Below are positions 59,390 through 64,000 of a DNA stretch of 64,000 bases, piece by piece. Positions within the stretch are counted from its first letter, which is position 1. Every line of letters begins with the position of its first letter. A program made the translations under genes and the position numbers. Source of the DNA: Eledone cirrhosa (taxonomy: Eukaryota); assembly GCA_964016885.1 (NCBI GenBank), contig OZ024744.1, forward strand, positions 89,652,001 to 89,716,000, written 5' to 3'. The notes under the pieces are model-generated. The model did no database searches, had not been told where the DNA came from, and worked only from the letters and a program-made list of their open reading frames with translations.

Positions 59390-62327
59390 TGTCCACAATT
59401 CAAGGTAGTCAGCTACACGGACCACAAATTCGTGATCAGTGTACTTGACTTAGATAGGCTTCATAGACGAGGACCCGGCTACTGGAAGCTAAACGCGTCC
59501 TTACCAGCGCGCAAGGCCTACAGAGACCAGATTAGCGAACTAGTTAAGCGAGCGTTGACGGGGGCCATCGTCAACAACAAGTGGTGGTTTGCTCTGAAAA
59601 GAGCAATTAGAATAGAGTCCATTAGGTTTAGTAAGGCTTTAGCAATAGAGAAAAATAGAGCAGAGGGAAAACTAGTTAGAAAATTAGACGAGGCGCTTAG
59701 CAAAGGCGTCGCGACCGACGTGCTTGCGGCGAAATTGGCCCTTGACCAATTCTTCAATGCAAAGCACGAAGGCTGCGTTGTCAGAGCAAGGGTGCGTGCT
59801 CTCAGACACGAGGGGACGAAAGCCGTTCAATGGGCCCGAGTGGCGGAGGCGCGTCGTGGCAACAAGGCCACGATCCGGTCTTTGGTGGACCACGACGGGC
59901 GCATGCTACTCGATCCCGGGAAAATGTGTGAAGCTTTTCAGCGACACTTCGCTCAGCTGTTCGGGCGCAGCGGTGGGCCGGGTCGAGGGATGGACTTTAG
60001 TGTCTACCTCGACGGACTGCCGCGGTTCTCGGCCACTGAGGCGAAGTGTTGCGAAAAGCCGATAACAGCCGCTGAAGTAAGGGAGGCAATGACTGGCTGC
60101 ACAAGGGGTAAATCGCCTGGTTTGGATGGTCTGCCCTATGAACTTTACGTACAGATGCCAGACTTGTTCGGAGGCCTCTTGGCGGACGTCTACTGCAACT
60201 GGCAACAGAACGGGAGATAACATAGATAATTTCCGGCCCATAATACTGCTAAACACAGAGTTCAAGATTTTGGCCAAGGTGCTAGCAAAGAGGTTGGCGC
60301 TTGTCGTTGGTGGTCTGGTGGGAGAGGCGCAGACATGCGCCATTCCCGACAGATCCATCCACGACAACCTCCACCTCATGCGATACATCGTAGAGAGGGT
60401 AGCTAGGGAACCTGGCACGGGTGGGTCCTTGATCAATTTAGATCAGTCGAAAGCTTTCGATAGGGTCGACCATCGTTACCTAGCGGCAGTCCTGAGGGCG
60501 GCTGGCTTTGGGCCCGTCTTCAGAGGCTGGATCGCTGCCATGCACAGCGACATCTGCTCTGAGGTGAGAGTGAACGGTCACCTGTCGGAACCGTTCAACA
60601 TCATGCGCTCGGTCCGCCAAGGATGTCCCCTCTCGTCACTCTTGTACGTATTGACTCTCGAGCCATTACTGCACAAACTGGAGACGTTGAGGGGCGTCCC
60701 GCGCGAACTAGGATGCGGAAGATCCGTGTCAGCATATGCGGACGATGTCACCGTAGTGGTGACATCGATCGGCACGACACTAAGAGAATACGAAGCGGTG
60801 GCAGGAGCAATGATCAACCAGGAAAAGTCAGTGGGCCTGCAGCTCGGCACCTGGAGAGGCAGGTCCATGCCGTCCAACAGCGTAGTCGGACGTTGGACGG
60901 ACGGACCGGTTAAATTGCTAGGGGTCTGGTTCGGTCCGGACCTCCAGACGGACAAAAACTGGGACGAGGTGACGAGCAGGGTGGGTTCTCTCACCCAGAA
61001 ATGGGCGGAGAGGAAGCTATCCCTGAAAGGTCGAGCGGAGGTGGCTAACGCGTACATCGCGTCTGTCATCTGCTGCCGCCTGACCGTCGTACCTTGTCCT
61101 AAGCCTCGCCTGACTGCGCTGGAGCGTTTGCTCTTTCGCTTTTTGTGGAAGGGACGCGCTCCGATGGTCAGGCGGTTCATCTGTTGTCAACACCCGCTAC
61201 GTGGAGGGCTGGGCATGCCGTGGCTGATGATGCGCAGGCACGCGCTCGGGCTACGACATCTCCACCTCTTCCTCGACGGTGATCAGGTATGGTCGCCGTT
61301 TGCCTGACCCGTCTTTCCCCAGCTCGTCTCCTTGACGGAGCTGCAGTCCTGGGTCAAGCGAAGACCGAGAGGGAGCGCCTGGAGACTGGAATGTCTTCAG
61401 GCGCTCACAGCCCTCGACCAATCGGGCAATGTGATCGGTGGAAACTCCACCTCGGCGTTCTATAGAGGATTAGTGGAGGGGAAGAGCGACGACGTACTTG
61501 GGGAAACTCTAGGCGTCGACGAAAATCAACTAGCCAATCTCTTCGGAAGAACTTTCGGGCCAGGGCCTATGGACAACTTCCAGAAATCTCTGGCCTGGCA
61601 GTGCTACCGAGGAGCCTTGCCAGTTCGGGATAAACTCTACAGGCATGGAGGTGCCGTCAGCCGGGCATGTCCGAGATGCGCGCAGGGCGACGAAACCGTC
61701 CTGCACGCACTCGTCCAGTGTCCGAAAATTGCTGACTTGTGGGTTTATGTCGAACACCTGCTGTCGCGTGTAGGACGGATCCGGCTATCATCTGAGTCCA
61801 TCGTGAGGATTGCCCCGCCCTCCTCCTTTAGCCGGGAAGGGCAGGCAGTTTTTATCTGTCTGGTGGCCATGGCGAAAGAGATAGTATGGTGGACACGTTT
61901 GAAAGAGCTGAAGACGAGCACTTACCTCTTCGGTGATGCCCTGATTAACTTTTTCAAATTTCATCTGAAAAGGAAAATCAGGGTAGAGAGGGAAGTGCTC
62001 TCTTCCCAGCATTTTGTTAAAAGATGGGTGAGAGAAGCAAGTATGGCCCGAATGAATGGGCCTTCTCTGAGTATGTGTCTGTAAATTAAAGGTGGAAAAC
62101 TGGGAGAGGGCACTTGCCCTGGTGGTCAGGGCCACTGTGCTCTTTTAATGGGCTTTCTCCACAAATGTCCCTCGGAAGTCTCCCCCCTATTGGGGAATTT
62201 TTCTTTGTTATTTTATTTCATCCTCTGTTTTTTTTAAACGCAGAAATGCCCATTTGTACCGTCCTGTATTGTCCTGTACTGTCCTTAATGTCTACTTTAT
62301 GTAAACCCTTGTGGTTAATAAAGAAAA

Positions 62328-62330
<3 letters not shown>
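59390..62330 (+). mobile_element. Tx1/L1-clade LINE ORF2, 5'-truncated and disrupted, followed by (TTA)n
   Basis: TDHK (APE end), GPGYWKLN, KSPGLDGLPYE, NFRPI, LDQSKAFDRVDH, VRQGCPLS, AYADD, GGLG, CPRC..ETVLHALVQC; AATAAA near 62317. Confidence 0.95.
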
Positions 62331-62391
<61 letters not shown>

Positions 62392-62399
62392 GTTCTTTG

Positions 62400-62798
62400 A
62401 GTGTCAGTCATTGATGTTAGTTAACTGAAAAGTTTGTTGAAATGAATATCAAGCCACTACCTGCAGCCTCAGATATTCAGGACGTATCGGAGGGTTCTTG
62501 CTGTTCCTAGCAAGCACGCCTTTTGAAGTGTTCCAAAAAGCGTAGCGGGGCCAATTTTCTTTAACCATCCCTGGAAACTTTTTGAGATAGTACCTAGTGC
62601 GCCTATGACAATCGGGACCACTTTGACTTCATGGCAGTTCCAAATCCTTTTTACCTCCCACTTTAAGTCCTGGTATCGGTTAATTTTCTCCCTCTCCTTC
62701 TCTTGCACTCTCGTGTCGAATGGGCAGGCCACATCCACAATCAGGCACGATCTTTTTTCCTTGTCCAAAACCACCAGGTCGGGTCTATTGTGTTCCAA
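62400..62798 (-). mobile_element. Second R4/Dong-like family 3' end in (TAA)n
   Basis: RPDLVV..IVDVACPFD..EKINRYQDL..VVPIVIGALG..LQKACLLGT; TAA repeats on both sides. Confidence 0.88.
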
Positions 62799-63154
62799 TT
62801 ATTATTATTATTATTATTGAAGGTTAACGCCGAGGTTAACTTTGTCTTTCATCCATACGGGGTCGATAAAATAAAGTACCAGTAATGCACTGGGTAATTG
62901 CTGGCCTTGTGCCAAAAGTAGAAACAATTATTATTATTGAAGGTGAAGCCACGCTTCTTATCGCCTCCAGTTTTTTTCAACGTTTTACCTCGATTTCAAC
63001 CGTTCTAAACCTTTTATTCAAGTTTTAAACTTGATAAAAGTTTAGAAGAAGTGACCCACCTAATACAGGGGTTCACTCGTGAATAATACGGCACCCCTTT
63101 ACGGGGTGTCGTATTGTGTAAAAAAAATTATTTGAAAACAAATTTCTTTCCACA

Positions 63155-64000
63155 TGAATAACACAAGAAAGAGAGAGAGCGCTGTCAGACAACACAGAGA
63201 GAGGGGCACTTTGTCAGCATATCAACAAGACAGCGTACTAGCGAAGGTAAATATAAAAGAAATATTACGAAGGAAAAGAGGAACAATATCATTTTTAATG
63301 ATATTGTTACAGATTTAAAATTACTAAATATTTCTAACACAAACAACACCAACAATAACACCAACAATAACACCATCAATAATAACAGCAACAACAAAAA
63401 TAACAGCGCTAAGGTCGAGGACGACAATAACAATGACAATAACCACAGCCAAAACAACAATAATAGTAGGAACAGTATCAACAAAAACAACAATAATAAC
63501 AACAGCCACAATAACAGTAACAGCAGCAACAGTATCAACGAAAATAACAACAATGACAACAATAACAGCAACAACAGTACCAACGAAAACAATGACATCG
63601 ACACCAGTAACAGCGATCTCAACACCACCAGTAAGACCAGTAGCGGCAGCAATAGTGGTACCGCTGAAAAAGGGACCACTTCTTTCGCAGGTGTGGCCCG
63701 AGATATCGAAACAGTGTTAGTCACAGAGGAGGAGATGGCAGTCGCAAGGGCCATGGTGGCAAGAAACGCCAATAGATTTTCCCTGAAACCTCCACCCGAT
63801 TTTTTCAAGGACCAGCAGCTACGGACGGTGACTTACCGCACAGTAAGCAAAATCTCACATCGGGTGGAGAGAGCCATGGAGGCTCAAATCCAAAAGGCTT
63901 TGGAGTGCATCTGGGCGCGCAAAACCCACATCACCCGAGGCAGAAAGTACGCCACATTAGACATAATTTTCGCCACCCCCCAGGAAGCAAAGTCTCACTC
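63155..64000 (+). CDS. Probable retrotransposon ORF1 with Asn-rich N-terminus, open to the window end
   Basis: Plus frame open from ~63187: Asn-rich run, then SFAGVAR..PPPDFF..ITRGRKYATLDIIFATPQEA; the nearest ATG (63155) is out of frame. Confidence 0.5.

Overview
AT-rich, microsatellite-saturated eukaryotic DNA, almost entirely transposon-derived. The SINE repertoire suggests an octopus-like cephalopod (inference). Only one credible host coding exon was found: a signal peptide plus acidic tract, 8324-8743 on the minus strand. Retroelements include a 657-aa Penelope-like (PLE) RT+GIY-YIG ORF, five further GIY-YIG remnants, an R4/Dong-type restriction-like-endonuclease (REL) LINE with copies in (CATA)n, a Tx1/L1-type LINE, RTE and CRE fragments, and tRNA-SINEs. 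DNA elements include a deleted mariner, MITEs and Helitron-like elements. The strongest hidden signal, folded by eye, is more than 20 complete or partial type-I hammerhead ribozyme (HHR) motifs from over a dozen unrelated sequence families. They lie in short non-coding modules inserted in (TA)n, often as long fold-back palindromes with a one-sided tail or as tandem copies. Several have unusual cores (CCGANGA, CAGAAGA, possibly UUGAAAA), palindromic stem III, or very long stem II. Most ORF-track entries are microsatellite translation artefacts. All coordinates were read manually and element boundaries are approximate.
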